IMG/VR virus record: IMGVR_UViG_3300045988_007243
Source of the DNA: a virus
Taxonomy: Duplodnaviria > Heunggongvirae > Uroviricota > Caudoviricetes
Reading direction: 5' to 3' (one strand)
DNA length: 64,000 nt
Part shown: piece after piece, positions 26,794 to 36,532 of the stretch
How positions within the stretch are numbered: position 1 is the first letter of the stretch
Layout of the letters: the number at the start of each line of letters is the position of its first letter
Program-made: the position numbers and the translations under genes
The notes under the pieces: model-generated
Told to the model about the DNA's origin: nothing
The model's input: only the letters and a program-made list of their open reading frames with translations
Databases searched by the model: none

Positions 26794-27351
26794 TTATTTT
26801 TTCTTACAATTGTCAAAATGATATCGAGTCATGTTACCAGCACCACCAGTCATACCACAATGAGGGCAAGTTTTCTTTTTCTTTGGCTTTTTTCCGGCTT
26901 CTGACATCTTCTTCCTTGTTTCTATAGACCTTTTACAACCTTTTGATTTTGTATTGCCTATTTGAGATTCTCCTAATCGTCTTCGATGTTCTTCAGTGAA
27001 AACCCTACCTTTATTCACAATAGATAAAGCTTTCGAGTTCAAAGCTCTTACCTTTTCATAGTCTCTGGATGATATTTTCCTATCTAGGCCATCATGAGCT
27101 AACCTGTTCCATGCAAACCATAACTTATGATTGTTTGGATACATCTTAACCAGTAATTTATGAGCTATATAATGCTCTCTAGGTGTAAGCAAAGCAATAT
27201 TATCTCCACTAATTTTATCTCCACCTAGACATACTGGTATGATATGGTGTCTTTCATAACCCTTACCTTGACATTTGTAGTATGTAAGAGGCACACCCCT
27301 TTCAGAATGTGCCTTCTTAATAATTGCATTATATATTAGTTCGTAATTCAT
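26794..27351 (-). CDS. Free-standing HNH homing endonuclease with NUMOD3-like repeats
   Basis: YERHHIIPVCLGGDKISGDNIALLTPREHYIAH HNH core; C-terminal FTEEHRRRLGESQIGNTKSKG repeat and basic zinc-finger tail; sits immediately downstream of nrdD. Confidence 0.65.
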   Translation of the reverse strand: MNYELIYNAIIKKAHSERGVPLTYYKCQGKGYERHHIIPVCLGGDKISGDNIALLTPREHYIAHKLLVKMYPNNHKLWFAWNRLAHDGLDRKISSRDYEKVRALNSKALSIVNKGRVFTEEHRRRLGESQIGNTKSKGCKRSIETRKKMSEAGKKPKKKKTCPHCGMTGGAGNMTRYHFDNCKKK

Positions 27352-27358
27352 TTGTATG

Positions 27359-28306
27359 CTACATAGAAACCCTATCCTTAATTTCTGCCATCTTAGCGTC
27401 ATTCATTCGAGACTGACCTTTAATTTTTGTGAATGACAAGTACCCGCACACCCTGTTAATCACAGAGATATCATGTGAATGGCAAACCTCACATTCTTCA
27501 ACATCAGCCTTTGGTCTGTTACCACAATGTTCACAGATTGCTAAGTCAAAGTTAAGCCCTTGATAAAAACCTTTCAACATCCCTCTTGTAATACAACTTT
27601 TAAGTGCTGGTAAGTTTTCTGGGTTAGCTACCCTTACATACTGGATTCTGCCACCTCTACAGATATGGAAGAATGGCTCTTCTAATTCCTGCTTCTCAAA
27701 TGGTGAGATGTTTGCTGCAACATTCATATGGAAACTGTTTGTAAAGTATTCCTTGTCAGAAACGCCTTTAATAACACCAAACATATCTCTGAACTGTTTT
27801 AGCTGAGTTCCACACAATGACTCTGCTGGAGTGCCATATACTGCATACAGGAAGCCATCTTCATTCTTAAACTCTTCAGTTTTCATGTTAATGTATGCCA
27901 GAACATCGTATGCAAAACTGGAACTTCCAACTTCATGAAGTCGTTTACCTTCAGCAAGAACAGATAACTCATCAAGAGCAGTAACCCCAAAAGAAGCTGT
28001 GAAGGACTTCACAATATCCCAACCAACCTTGTCAGTAGGCTTCTTAGTCCCTTTATACAGACCACCTTGTGTGAATGCAAGAGGGTTAGAACTTGCTGGC
28101 ATATTGGCAATCATTTCGTAACGTTTCTTATGGAAGCTGCGAATCATTTCTAGGTACTTATCAAGCTCTTTCCAGAAATCTAAACCATTCTCTTTAGAAT
28201 ACTGGTAAATCATTGGTAAGTTCAAAGATACAGCACCAATGTTAGCACGACCTACATAAAACTCTTCACCATATTCGTTATGGTATGGTGATAAAAATGC
28301 TCTACA
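27359..28306 (-). CDS. nrdD: Anaerobic ribonucleoside-triphosphate reductase, exon 2
   Basis: In-frame continuation CRAFLSPYHNEYGEEFYVGRANIGAVSLNLP... matches NrdD (E. coli PMGCRSFL...GVVSLNLPRIA); C-terminal CEHCG...CEVCHSHD...RVCGYLS glycyl-radical region. Confidence 0.8.
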   Translation of the reverse strand, partial: CRAFLSPYHNEYGEEFYVGRANIGAVSLNLPMIYQYSKENGLDFWKELDKYLEMIRSFHKKRYEMIANMPASSNPLAFTQGGLYKGTKKPTDKVGWDIVKSFTASFGVTALDELSVLAEGKRLHEVGSSSFAYDVLAYINMKTEEFKNEDGFLYAVYGTPAESLCGTQLKQFRDMFGVIKGVSDKEYFTNSFHMNVAANISPFEKQELEEPFFHICRGGRIQYVRVANPENLPALKSCITRGMLKGFYQGLNFDLAICEHCGNRPKADVEECEVCHSHDISVINRVCGYLSFTKIKGQSRMNDAKMAEIKDRVSM

Positions 28307-29048
28307 CTTGTTGTTCAGGTAAGTTCGCTAAGCTTACCCCGCTTTATTCAAGCTGCTTACTGTCGCCAGTAAGTCCAGACTATATCTTCTACTTATTTCT
28401 AAGTAGCGTACCATTTCGAGTCGCTTGACCCTACACCGCTACATTCATCACGGTTAGTCGTTCGGCATTTAGATGTATTCAAACTCATATTCGAAGTTAT
28501 TATGCTCTTTTACACCCTTCAATATTGAAGAGATGGTCTTGCGATTGTGTCCAAGTATATTGGATAACTCTCGTATTGACTTAGTAACAATAACTTCCTT
28601 TGTCACTTTGTGTGTGGCTTTCACGGCATATGAACGCTTGTGGAACTTGTAGCACCCGTTCTCATAACCTTCTTTAGCATTCTCAGAATGAGTACCCCAT
28701 TCTAAGTTGGATGCGTGGTTATTTAGTTTGTTATCGTCCTTATGTTTTACAATTGGAAGATTATTTGGGTTAGGTACATATTTCTCAGCAACTAACCTGT
28801 GGACATACATGTCACGATTCTTCTTACCGTAAAACCTCACTTTCATATACCCAGTGTTGGATTTCCACTGCGTAAGCTCTACACCATTTTCCCTAAAGAC
28901 TTTTCCATCTTCAGTGACGTGATAGTTTGGCATGTAAGACTCCTATGTTGTATAGTTTCTTACATCGTACATCATTTAGCACAGGATTGTCTACATCTGT
29001 AGAGTTTCCCTGTTTAGGCACGTTTTAGATGAGCTATAGAGCCTGTTA
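28307..29048 (-). other. Group I intron (td-like core) interrupting nrdD
   Basis: Minus-strand sense begins UAACAGGC...CCUAAACAGGGAAACUCUACAGAUGUAGACAAUCCUGUGCUAAAUG and ends ...GUAGGGUCAAGCGACUCGAAAUG...AGAUAUAGUCUGG...GGGGUAAGCUUAGCGAACUUACCUGAACAACAAG, closely matching recalled T4 td intron core elements; exon 1 ends with U, intron ends with G. Confidence 0.75.
28469..28933 (-). CDS. Intron-encoded HNH homing endonuclease
   Basis: MPNYHVTEDGKVF...SNTGYMKVRF...HRLVAEKYVPNP...NLEWGTHSEN pattern typical of HNH_3-family intron endonucleases; lies wholly within the nrdD intron with its own AGGAG RBS. Confidence 0.7.
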   Translation of the reverse strand: MPNYHVTEDGKVFRENGVELTQWKSNTGYMKVRFYGKKNRDMYVHRLVAEKYVPNPNNLPIVKHKDDNKLNNHASNLEWGTHSENAKEGYENGCYKFHKRSYAVKATHKVTKEVIVTKSIRELSNILGHNRKTISSILKGVKEHNNFEYEFEYI

Positions 29049-30245
29049 ACCCATCGGCGAAATAACCTTGCCAGAACGCTCAAAAGCCTCTGCTACAGCA
29101 CCATGACCAGATACACTTAAGAAATCTGGATACATAGCTTTAGAGCAACACTCAATAGCTTTACTGTACAGGTGACCTTGACAGATATTTTCATCATGTC
29201 TCTTCTGGTCATAAATATAAACCAGTTTAGGGAATACAACAGGCTTCTTACTCTTACCTTGTCCATTCATGCGAACATCAAGAATGGTGTTTGCAATCAT
29301 GTATTGCAGTCGGTTGTCTTCATTAGACATATCTGAGTCGAGCAACCCAAATGTTAAAGTTGTGAATGCGAAATCACCACGGCTGCAAGGTACAGTGTTC
29401 AGTTTCATTTCAAGTGACTGAAAACCTTGAGTTAATTCAATCTGTAGCTGCTCCATGACATAATTATGGTAATGTTCTTTAGGAATACCATAAGATGCTG
29501 CTTTCTCAGCATGATAGCGTAGAGACTTCTTAGCATACGGTACAAGCACCTTATCAATCTCTGCTAAAGTAAATCCACCAAATTGCTGTGCAGTTGCTGA
29601 AAGAACTACATCACCAATAACCTGTAAGGCTGACAGCACAGACTTCGGTTCACAGTATTCGATGCCAGACATCTCAAAGCCACCTTTCAGTACTTTACCA
29701 ATGTCAAACAAGCAACAGTTAATGCCGCCAAAAATCAGGTCTCTTAAATCGTGGATATAGATAAACCCTTTTTCAATGGCTTCAAGTTCCTCTGGTGTTA
29801 AATGGTACTGCTTAAAGATTTCTTTAGTCAGGTAACCACGAATAATTGAACCTTTTGTAGAAATTAAACTGCTGTCAAAGTTAGCGTTTTCACGGTCACC
29901 TAAGAAGAGCGTGTCTCTAGTCTTTTGGTAAAGCTCATCCCAATTTTGAGCAACCTCTTTCCGGTAATTTCTGTATGTTGAGTAAGACTCATAAATCTCG
30001 TGATTGACTTCTGCCAAAGCACCCTCAACAATGCTGTGAATATCATTGACTGAGATGAGTAAATTATTCTGCTTAGTGGACTTTACCAGAATCCTCATAA
30101 ATGCTGACTCAAGAGCTTGGGTAACATCTGGTGGGAGTTCTTTATATCCAACCCTGTTAGCTGACTTAGTTACTGCTGCTAAAACTTTTTTGATATCAGG
30201 TTCTTCAAGTGAGCCATTCTTTTTAATAATCTGTACTTTGTTCAT
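29049..30245 (-). CDS. nrdD: Anaerobic ribonucleoside-triphosphate reductase, exon 1
   Basis: N-terminal NrdD region ending ...VISPMG; the track stop codon (29046-29048) is the first triplet of the intron. Confidence 0.8.
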
Positions 30246-30261
30246 TATTGCCCCTTTACAT

Positions 30262-30283
30262 GCTAAAAAGGTCTCCGAAGAGA
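30262..30283 (-). terminator. Terminator upstream of nrdD
   Basis: GGTCTCTTCGGAGACC hairpin plus UUUUU on the minus strand, followed by RBS of nrdD. Confidence 0.5.
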
Positions 30284-30293
30284 CCCTTTCATT

Positions 30294-30500
30294 TTAAATC
30301 TTTTTAGAAAACTTTGAAACGAGTTTTCTTAGTTTTTCAGTGATGCCTAGCTGTATCTCTAATATTTCGAAGATAACCCATAGTAACATGGCTCCAAACA
30401 ATGAACCTTGTTCAAAGTCAGTAAATAGGTTAACAATCAGCATACCAATCACAATAGCTGGTGCATCAACAACCAAACCTTCCCAAATGCGTTTAAGCAT
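30294..30500 (-). CDS. Small membrane protein
   Basis: 68 aa, two hydrophobic segments. Confidence 0.4.
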   Translation of the reverse strand: MLKRIWEGLVVDAPAIVIGMLIVNLFTDFEQGSLFGAMLLWVIFEILEIQLGITEKLRKLVSKFSKKI

Positions 30501-30735
30501 TATTCACCTCTGCCATAAAATTCTGTAGCGTCCCAACAGGTTTTAGGTTTTGACCGTCAGTTTTCATGATGAATGGCATCTGACGAACTGGCATCTGTGC
30601 AATATCCATCAGGTCTGACAGTTCATAATCCTGCCCTAACATTCTCACAACATGGTCAATACCACGAGCTTTTGCAAAATTCTTTGCAGTCTCACACTGA
30701 GGGCATCCAGTTTTGGAGTAAATCACATAAGTCAT
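30493..30735 (-). CDS. Glutaredoxin-like protein (NrdH/Grx-type redoxin)
   Basis: CPQC active-site motif at residues 11-14 in an 80-aa protein; located next to nrdB. Confidence 0.65.
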   Translation of the reverse strand: MTYVIYSKTGCPQCETAKNFAKARGIDHVVRMLGQDYELSDLMDIAQMPVRQMPFIMKTDGQNLKPVGTLQNFMAEVNNA

Positions 30736-31808
30736 TAAGGAACCTCTAAAAATCCACTATTCAAATCATCTACAACAGTATTCAATAGGTACGCACCGTT
30801 CTGTTGCTCCTGATTAGCATTCTGCTCTTTATCAATTTCCATCTTCTTAATCATGTACTTCAAAGGTGGTTCTTTAGGAGCTACAAAATCTCTGGGAATG
30901 CCAAACATATCATACAGTGGGGCAGCATTATAGTAAACCCACTCATGAAGAAGCTTTGTATTTAAGCCAACTACAGCACGTCCTTCGGAGAAGATATAAT
31001 ACGACCATTTCTCTTCACTTTCAACTACTTCATCTAAGATTACTTTAATCTCTGGAAGAATTTGTTGAAAAGCTTTCTGCCACTCATCATCTCTTAAAGT
31101 TTCTTTTAAAACTTCAATATCAATTTTAGTGTGAAGGATTTCGTCAAGCATAATTTTCTGGACAGCTTGAGCAATACCCTGAAATTTATCTTGAGCATCA
31201 AGTGCAAAAGTACATGCAAAGGATGCCATAAAAGATATACCTTCAAGTGCAGTCACTGCAAACAGCCCTTTCAGAATCACTTTATGGAAGTGTAAAGGGT
31301 CTTTGTCCAGAAGTGAGTCGCGCACATAACTCAGACGATAGTTTATACCTTCATCCAGTAATTCTTCAAGAACACGATTCACAGTTTTTAATCGGTCTTG
31401 TACAGCAACATTCTGGTTAATCTCATCTAAGATTGTTTCAGGGTTTTTAATACATTGCCTTACAATCTCTGAGTAAGTAAGAGCATGTAGGTTTTCAATC
31501 TCAGACTGCTTCATAATTGCAGTTGCATAGATGTCATCAGAGATAAATGGTGCAAAGGCAAATGCCAAACTCTTAGCAACTTGAGTATCTGCTTCCCACT
31601 GCCACTTAAGAATCTCAAGCATTACACCTGACATTGATGCTGGTACACTCTCAAAATCAAGACGTGATTGTTCAAAAGGGAACTCATCTTCTGACCAATC
31701 TTGTGCTTTTTGTTGTTTATAAAGCTCAAAGATTTTTGGGTAGTGTTTATTAAGTGAGTCAAAAGTTTTTCTCTCACCACCTAAAAAGATTGGGTGCTGG
31801 TTAATCAT
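30735..31808 (-). CDS. nrdB: Ribonucleotide reductase class Ia beta subunit
   Basis: Ferritin-like region with SEIENLHALTYSEIV; start set at the ATG (MINQHP) with AAGGAG RBS and ATGA overlap to the upstream gene. Confidence 0.8.
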   Translation of the reverse strand: MINQHPIFLGGERKTFDSLNKHYPKIFELYKQQKAQDWSEDEFPFEQSRLDFESVPASMSGVMLEILKWQWEADTQVAKSLAFAFAPFISDDIYATAIMKQSEIENLHALTYSEIVRQCIKNPETILDEINQNVAVQDRLKTVNRVLEELLDEGINYRLSYVRDSLLDKDPLHFHKVILKGLFAVTALEGISFMASFACTFALDAQDKFQGIAQAVQKIMLDEILHTKIDIEVLKETLRDDEWQKAFQQILPEIKVILDEVVESEEKWSYYIFSEGRAVVGLNTKLLHEWVYYNAAPLYDMFGIPRDFVAPKEPPLKYMIKKMEIDKEQNANQEQQNGAYLLNTVVDDLNSGFLEVP

Positions 31809-32062
31809 AGCGTGATTTCTCCTTTCTTTATCATTTCTAAGGCTTGTTTTCTGTCTAAAACTTCCCAATTTTCTTTGTTGAACATCTCATAAGGTCTTGC
31901 GTAGATTTTACCATCTGCTGTAGAGATGTAAGAGATACCAGCAACCCATGAGTCATCCTTTTGTTTTATCATCATGTCTGTGCTACTCACATAGTACATC
32001 GTTTTCCGAGGCTTGTGGAGCAAGTATATAGGTCGCTCATGTTTTTCTATTAAATCTTTCAT
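31805..32062 (-). CDS. Small hypothetical protein between nrdA and nrdB
   Basis: Start set at the internal ATG (MKDLIEK) with GGAGAG RBS. Confidence 0.4.
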   Translation of the reverse strand: MKDLIEKHERPIYLLHKPRKTMYYVSSTDMMIKQKDDSWVAGISYISTADGKIYARPYEMFNKENWEVLDRKQALEMIKKGEITL

Positions 32063-32117
32063 GGTCTCTCCAAAGTTATTTTTAGAGGGTCTTTTACGAC
32101 CCTCATAGTTGTTAAAA

Positions 32118-34352
32118 CTAAACACCACAACCCTCGCAATAAGCATCTTGCAGTGCAGATTTACCTACACCAATGCGACTGTTAAGGTAGTACATGGTTT
32201 TCATACCTACCGAGTTGGCATAAATCATGTACTTCAAAGCTTGAGCCAATGATACCTTCTTAGACTTTGCATAGTCAACATAGAAATCTGAAGAGATAGC
32301 TTGACCAGTGAACTTTTGAACAATTGCATAACAATCAATCAGGTCAAAGGTGTCAATACCCCAAGCAATTTCATATACATACTTCAACTCTTCATAATCT
32401 GGAACAATAAACAGTACGTTACCAGTTGCAGACTTTTTAGTTAAAATAAAGTCACGAATTGGGTACAAGCCGTTTGTCGTATTAGTTGCTAGTGAAGAAC
32501 TCTCATTAGGCATGTAAGCTTCTAATACAGAGTTTCGGATTCCACCATTCTCTTTGATACGTTGTGCTAAGTCATCCCAATCATATCGTAGTTTCGCATC
32601 ATGCTTTTCATCAATCTTCTTGTTAGCTGTCTTTGGAGGAACCCACCCTTCAGGATACTTAGTGAACTGCATATACTCAGGTACACCACGTTCTTTAGCA
32701 AGTCTCAAAGAAGCTTCGTGTAAGTAGTAAGAGTGCATTTCAGCAAGCTCATGAAGCTTCGTCTTACCTGCTCTTGAAGAATAGTTCACGTAGTTCTTCG
32801 CAAGGTAATGAGCCACATTTGTAAGGCCAATCCCAACAGAACGACGCTTCTGAACATGGTTACGCATCGACGGATACGGATAATCCATAAGGTCAATAAC
32901 GGAGTCAACCATTGCAAGAGCATAATAAGCAACGTCAGCGTATTCATCTTCTGAAATTCTCCCTGCAACCAAACTAGCTAGGAAGCAAAGAGCTACCTCA
33001 CCATCCTCTTTCACAGCATCATCTCTGTAAAGGTCTGTCTCTTTCTCAAAGCCGTACACTGGCAACACAATTTCCATACAAAGATTTGACATCTTCAAAG
33101 GCTCTTTAAATGGTGTATGTGTGTTTGCATTATTCGTGAAGAATGGGTACACACGACCTGTAGCATAACGCTGTTGAATAAACAGCTTAGCAATTTCACG
33201 AGCCTTTACCCGTCTGTGCTTAACACCTGAATGTACTGCGTGACCAACTGCCATAGCAAACTCATCAGCAGATGCTGTGTAGAACATGTCATAGAGTTTT
33301 GGTGCATCTTTGTAAGAGAATAGCAACCAGTCTGTATCATATTGAACACACTGCCAGAAATAATCATTTGTACCGAATGAGTAGTCCATCTCGTTAATAC
33401 GTTTAGAAGGAACCGTTGTAGGGTGCTTCAAACGCAGTAAATCTTCAATCTGCGGGTCTAGAGCAGTGTAGAAGTTATTAGCTGAACCACCACGACTCTT
33501 CTGTTTGTTTGCCTCTACAGATGAGCGTACAAGCTTGTAATAAGGTAGTTTACCCATGTGCTCAATAGTATTTTGACGGATACCATCACCAATGGTGCGA
33601 GTTTCCATCAGCATCCCAATACCAGCTTGCTTTGTAGTCATATCATAAGCAACCTTTGCAGCAATACCGAGAGACTCAGCAGTATCATTTGCCTTAATCA
33701 AACAGCATGACGCATAACCTGATTTAGTTGCTCTTAACCCGTTTAAATATGGCGTAGGGGCGTTAATCTTCAGGTCAGATAGGTAAGTGTACAGCTTGAT
33801 AACATCTTGCAGTCTACGGTGCTTTGGTTGCTTCTCAAAGGCTTTCATAGCCATACCCATGAACATAAATTGTGGTGACTCAAAAAGTCTTCCCGTTTTA
33901 ATATCACGGATACCATACTTGTCTCTGAACTGTTTCAAGACTGCATAACCGTAAGAGATATCTTTTGAGTGCACAATGTAACCTTGCAGGTATTCAAGCT
34001 CTTCCTGTGAGTAGTCCATCTTCTCCCAAAGTCCTGCTCTCTCCATATTTTTAACGAAGGTAACCAGCGTAGGAACCTTAGTAAAGCCTCCAAAGGCTTC
34101 TTTGTAGATAATCCCCAGAAGTAGCCGTCCAGCCATATCTGAGTACTCTTGAGTTTGTTTATCAACACAAACATCAATCATGGCTTGGTGCATCTCTTTT
34201 GTAGTGCAACCCTCATAGACACGTTTCATAGCTTCCATAGTGACTTCTGACCAGATAATTCCACGTTTATCTGCCCATGATGCCCACTTATTCAGTCTTT
34301 CTGGGTCAAAGCTTACTACTGTACCATTTGATTTTTTAATTGTCTTAATCAT
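32118..34352 (-). CDS. nrdA: Ribonucleotide reductase class Ia alpha subunit
   Basis: 744 aa; N-terminal ATP-cone-like region and C-terminal CEGCGV tail characteristic of NrdA. Confidence 0.85.
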   Translation of the reverse strand: MIKTIKKSNGTVVSFDPERLNKWASWADKRGIIWSEVTMEAMKRVYEGCTTKEMHQAMIDVCVDKQTQEYSDMAGRLLLGIIYKEAFGGFTKVPTLVTFVKNMERAGLWEKMDYSQEELEYLQGYIVHSKDISYGYAVLKQFRDKYGIRDIKTGRLFESPQFMFMGMAMKAFEKQPKHRRLQDVIKLYTYLSDLKINAPTPYLNGLRATKSGYASCCLIKANDTAESLGIAAKVAYDMTTKQAGIGMLMETRTIGDGIRQNTIEHMGKLPYYKLVRSSVEANKQKSRGGSANNFYTALDPQIEDLLRLKHPTTVPSKRINEMDYSFGTNDYFWQCVQYDTDWLLFSYKDAPKLYDMFYTASADEFAMAVGHAVHSGVKHRRVKAREIAKLFIQQRYATGRVYPFFTNNANTHTPFKEPLKMSNLCMEIVLPVYGFEKETDLYRDDAVKEDGEVALCFLASLVAGRISEDEYADVAYYALAMVDSVIDLMDYPYPSMRNHVQKRRSVGIGLTNVAHYLAKNYVNYSSRAGKTKLHELAEMHSYYLHEASLRLAKERGVPEYMQFTKYPEGWVPPKTANKKIDEKHDAKLRYDWDDLAQRIKENGGIRNSVLEAYMPNESSSLATNTTNGLYPIRDFILTKKSATGNVLFIVPDYEELKYVYEIAWGIDTFDLIDCYAIVQKFTGQAISSDFYVDYAKSKKVSLAQALKYMIYANSVGMKTMYYLNSRIGVGKSALQDAYCEGCGV

Positions 34353-34365
34353 TTTCGAATCCTAC

Positions 34366-34387
34366 AGATGAAAAGAGCCTCCGAAGA
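34366..34387 (-). terminator. Terminator upstream of nrdA
   Basis: GAGCCTCTTCGGAGGCTC hairpin plus U-run on the minus strand. Confidence 0.5.
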
Positions 34388-34398
34388 GGCTCCCTAGT

Positions 34399-34737
34399 TT
34401 AAATCTTGAAAATTTGCTCATTCTGCCACATATCGTAAAACTTATCACTTACTTTTGTGACTGAAGAAGTGTGCATACAATTCAGGGAGAACCATGATGA
34501 TGTATTATCATCCATAAGTGTTTCAAGTTTTTGTGTAACGTTCACATCCATGTCTGCAACAACGTAATTGCCTCGCATCTTGCAAACAATTCTTCCAAAC
34601 AAGATTGCACTTCTACCTCTTCGGTCATCACAGTACATAACTGTGTCCCCGTGCTTAACATCTTGTCCGAGGCTGTCAACGCCTAACTTAGCACCTGAGA
34701 CAATATCATCATAAGATAGCTTTTTTGCTTTAGACAC
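34399..34737 (-). CDS. Hypothetical protein
   Basis: ORF, 112 aa. Confidence 0.45.
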   Translation of the reverse strand: MSKAKKLSYDDIVSGAKLGVDSLGQDVKHGDTVMYCDDRRGRSAILFGRIVCKMRGNYVVADMDVNVTQKLETLMDDNTSSWFSLNCMHTSSVTKVSDKFYDMWQNEQIFKI

Positions 34738-35062
34738 GGTATTTCTCCAAGTTTCTTTTTAGATACAACCAACCATAGTCAGTCCTTTCTACACCCATAA
34801 AGAGTGGAGCCATCACAACTTTACCGAAAGTATTCCTGTGTTGGCAGATTTCAAAGGAATATTCTTTCTCAATATCAATCCCGTATTTGTATAGGACTGC
34901 TTTTAAAACTTGTTCATTGTCCAGAAGTGTATCTGGAGTCTCACCATATTTTTCTAGTAACGGGTCATTCATAAACACCGTCATAGAAATATTGTAGTTT
35001 GAGAAGTGGCTCTTTTGAGCCACACCCTCTTTATTAATGTTCTGTGAATCCATTATAACCAA
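34730..35062 (-). CDS. Hypothetical protein
   Basis: ORF, 110 aa. Confidence 0.45.
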   Translation of the reverse strand: MVIMDSQNINKEGVAQKSHFSNYNISMTVFMNDPLLEKYGETPDTLLDNEQVLKAVLYKYGIDIEKEYSFEICQHRNTFGKVVMAPLFMGVERTDYGWLYLKRNLEKYRV

Positions 35063-35789
35063 CCCCTTTTAACCAGCACTTCAGGTTATTAGCATCATAA
35101 TTCAGTTTCGGGTATGAGGTTACATGGAACTGCTCACCATCATAGTAGACAATATCTGCAATCCATAGTCCATTCTCTTTACAGAAATCTTTATCTGCTT
35201 TAGAGGTAATTGGATTAACTTCTACAAAACCATCTACACCCAAATCCTTTAAGCTACATACAATACCTTTGCAGATAACGCATGTATCAGATACTACCAC
35301 AAAAAGTTCTTGGCTTTCAAGCTCTACAATGTATTCACCAAGCTGTACTTTAGGGAGATTTGATTGCTTCATAATCTTCCCATCGGCTGCACGGACAATC
35401 GCATACCACTCTTTACCATCAACCACTGACATTCTGATGATACACTCTTGACCAGTACGCTTCTCAATATCTGCAAGACGTTTTAAAGCTTCTTCATAGT
35501 CATCTGTGTACTTCAGGTCATTATTATGGCAAACAGCTTTCATAGCACCGTTATGGTCATGTTGTGACAGATAAATCAGACCATCAAGAACATATTGCAA
35601 ATCTGCCTGAGCATCCAGTGTCTCAATGGGGTCTTTTTCTTCAATTGCTTTTACAAGCTCTTTTGCTTCTTCAAGCATACACAGAGACTGGGATTTTAAA
35701 GATTCCCAATACTCATCACTGTAAGGTTGCTTTTGAGTGTTTCCACAACGAAGGTTCCAGTTTTTTACTGATTCTCTTGAGTTAAACAT
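35034..35789 (-). CDS. Hypothetical protein; N-terminal region weakly MazG-like (nucleotide pyrophosphohydrolase)
   Basis: Acidic helical motif LEEAKELVKAIEEKDPIETLDAQADLQYVLDG; weak, motif-level. Confidence 0.3.
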   Translation of the reverse strand: MFNSRESVKNWNLRCGNTQKQPYSDEYWESLKSQSLCMLEEAKELVKAIEEKDPIETLDAQADLQYVLDGLIYLSQHDHNGAMKAVCHNNDLKYTDDYEEALKRLADIEKRTGQECIIRMSVVDGKEWYAIVRAADGKIMKQSNLPKVQLGEYIVELESQELFVVVSDTCVICKGIVCSLKDLGVDGFVEVNPITSKADKDFCKENGLWIADIVYYDGEQFHVTSYPKLNYDANNLKCWLKGVGYNGFTEH

Positions 35790-36028
35790 TCGGACTCCTT
35801 AAAATATCTGTTAACTTTTAGCTCTCGTGTTTCAATATATTCTAGATGCTCACGTAGCTCTTGACGTTTAAGCATTAGGTGCTGCATTTGAGACTCAACA
35901 GCTTCAACTTCTTTAATTATTGACTCTCTGGCATTTGCAAGAATGCGCTCAAGTTCTTCAATCTTGCTGTCAACCTTTGCTACATGACTCACAGCTTTAC
36001 TTTTGTTAAACATTTTATTCTCTCTCAA
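35765..36028 (-). CDS. Hypothetical coiled-coil protein
   Basis: ORF, 87 aa, heptad-rich. Confidence 0.4.
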   Translation of the reverse strand: MRENKMFNKSKAVSHVAKVDSKIEELERILANARESIIKEVEAVESQMQHLMLKRQELREHLEYIETRELKVNRYFKESECLTQENQ

Positions 36029-36034
36029 TAGTTA

Positions 36035-36532
36035 TCAAGTACAGTTTGCTTTCATTACCTTATGGATTCTTTTTTCAGCATCTTCATAAGTTTCTTTAGT
36101 GATAAACTTAATTGCTGCAATATTGGCATTGTAGAAGAGTCTGAGCTTAGAGTCAATCCTTTTTGTCATTACATCGAATTTATGTTGGAGGTTTGCTTCA
36201 CCATAAACTAGACCACCTTTCGTGTAGTAGGTTTGGATAATGTAAAAGTCAAAAAATTCTTTTCCAAAGCTCTCAATATCTTTTTTAATATACTCAGAAG
36301 AAGTCTCATAAGTCATCCAATCACTCTCCTTAGTGACTACCTTCTTCCGAGTCTTGCCAGCAACTTTTCTTTTGGTCACACTATTAAGCTGTTTCTTTCC
36401 AATATAATATTGTCCGGTCTTCTTACAGTGTACTAAATAGACAAAACCAAAATGTTTAGTGGGGTCAACTTCCCCACATAAAGATATCCAATGACCATAG
36501 GTAGGACAATTGCCAAATCCTTTAATCTTCAT
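36035..36532 (-). CDS. GIY-YIG endonuclease (Seg-like homing endonuclease candidate)
   Basis: FGFVYLVHCKKTGQYYIGKK matches the GIY-(x10)-YIG signature. Confidence 0.5.
   Translation of the reverse strand: MKIKGFGNCPTYGHWISLCGEVDPTKHFGFVYLVHCKKTGQYYIGKKQLNSVTKRKVAGKTRKKVVTKESDWMTYETSSEYIKKDIESFGKEFFDFYIIQTYYTKGGLVYGEANLQHKFDVMTKRIDSKLRLFYNANIAAIKFITKETYEDAEKRIHKVMKANCT

Noticed and set aside
28310-28460. Group I intron core apparently on the plus strand, opposite to nrdD
   Set aside because: The P7 strands (GACUA/UAGUC) are nearly palindromic and I first matched the reverse complement from memory; the 5' half, ORF orientation and splice junctions show the intron is on the minus strand with nrdD.
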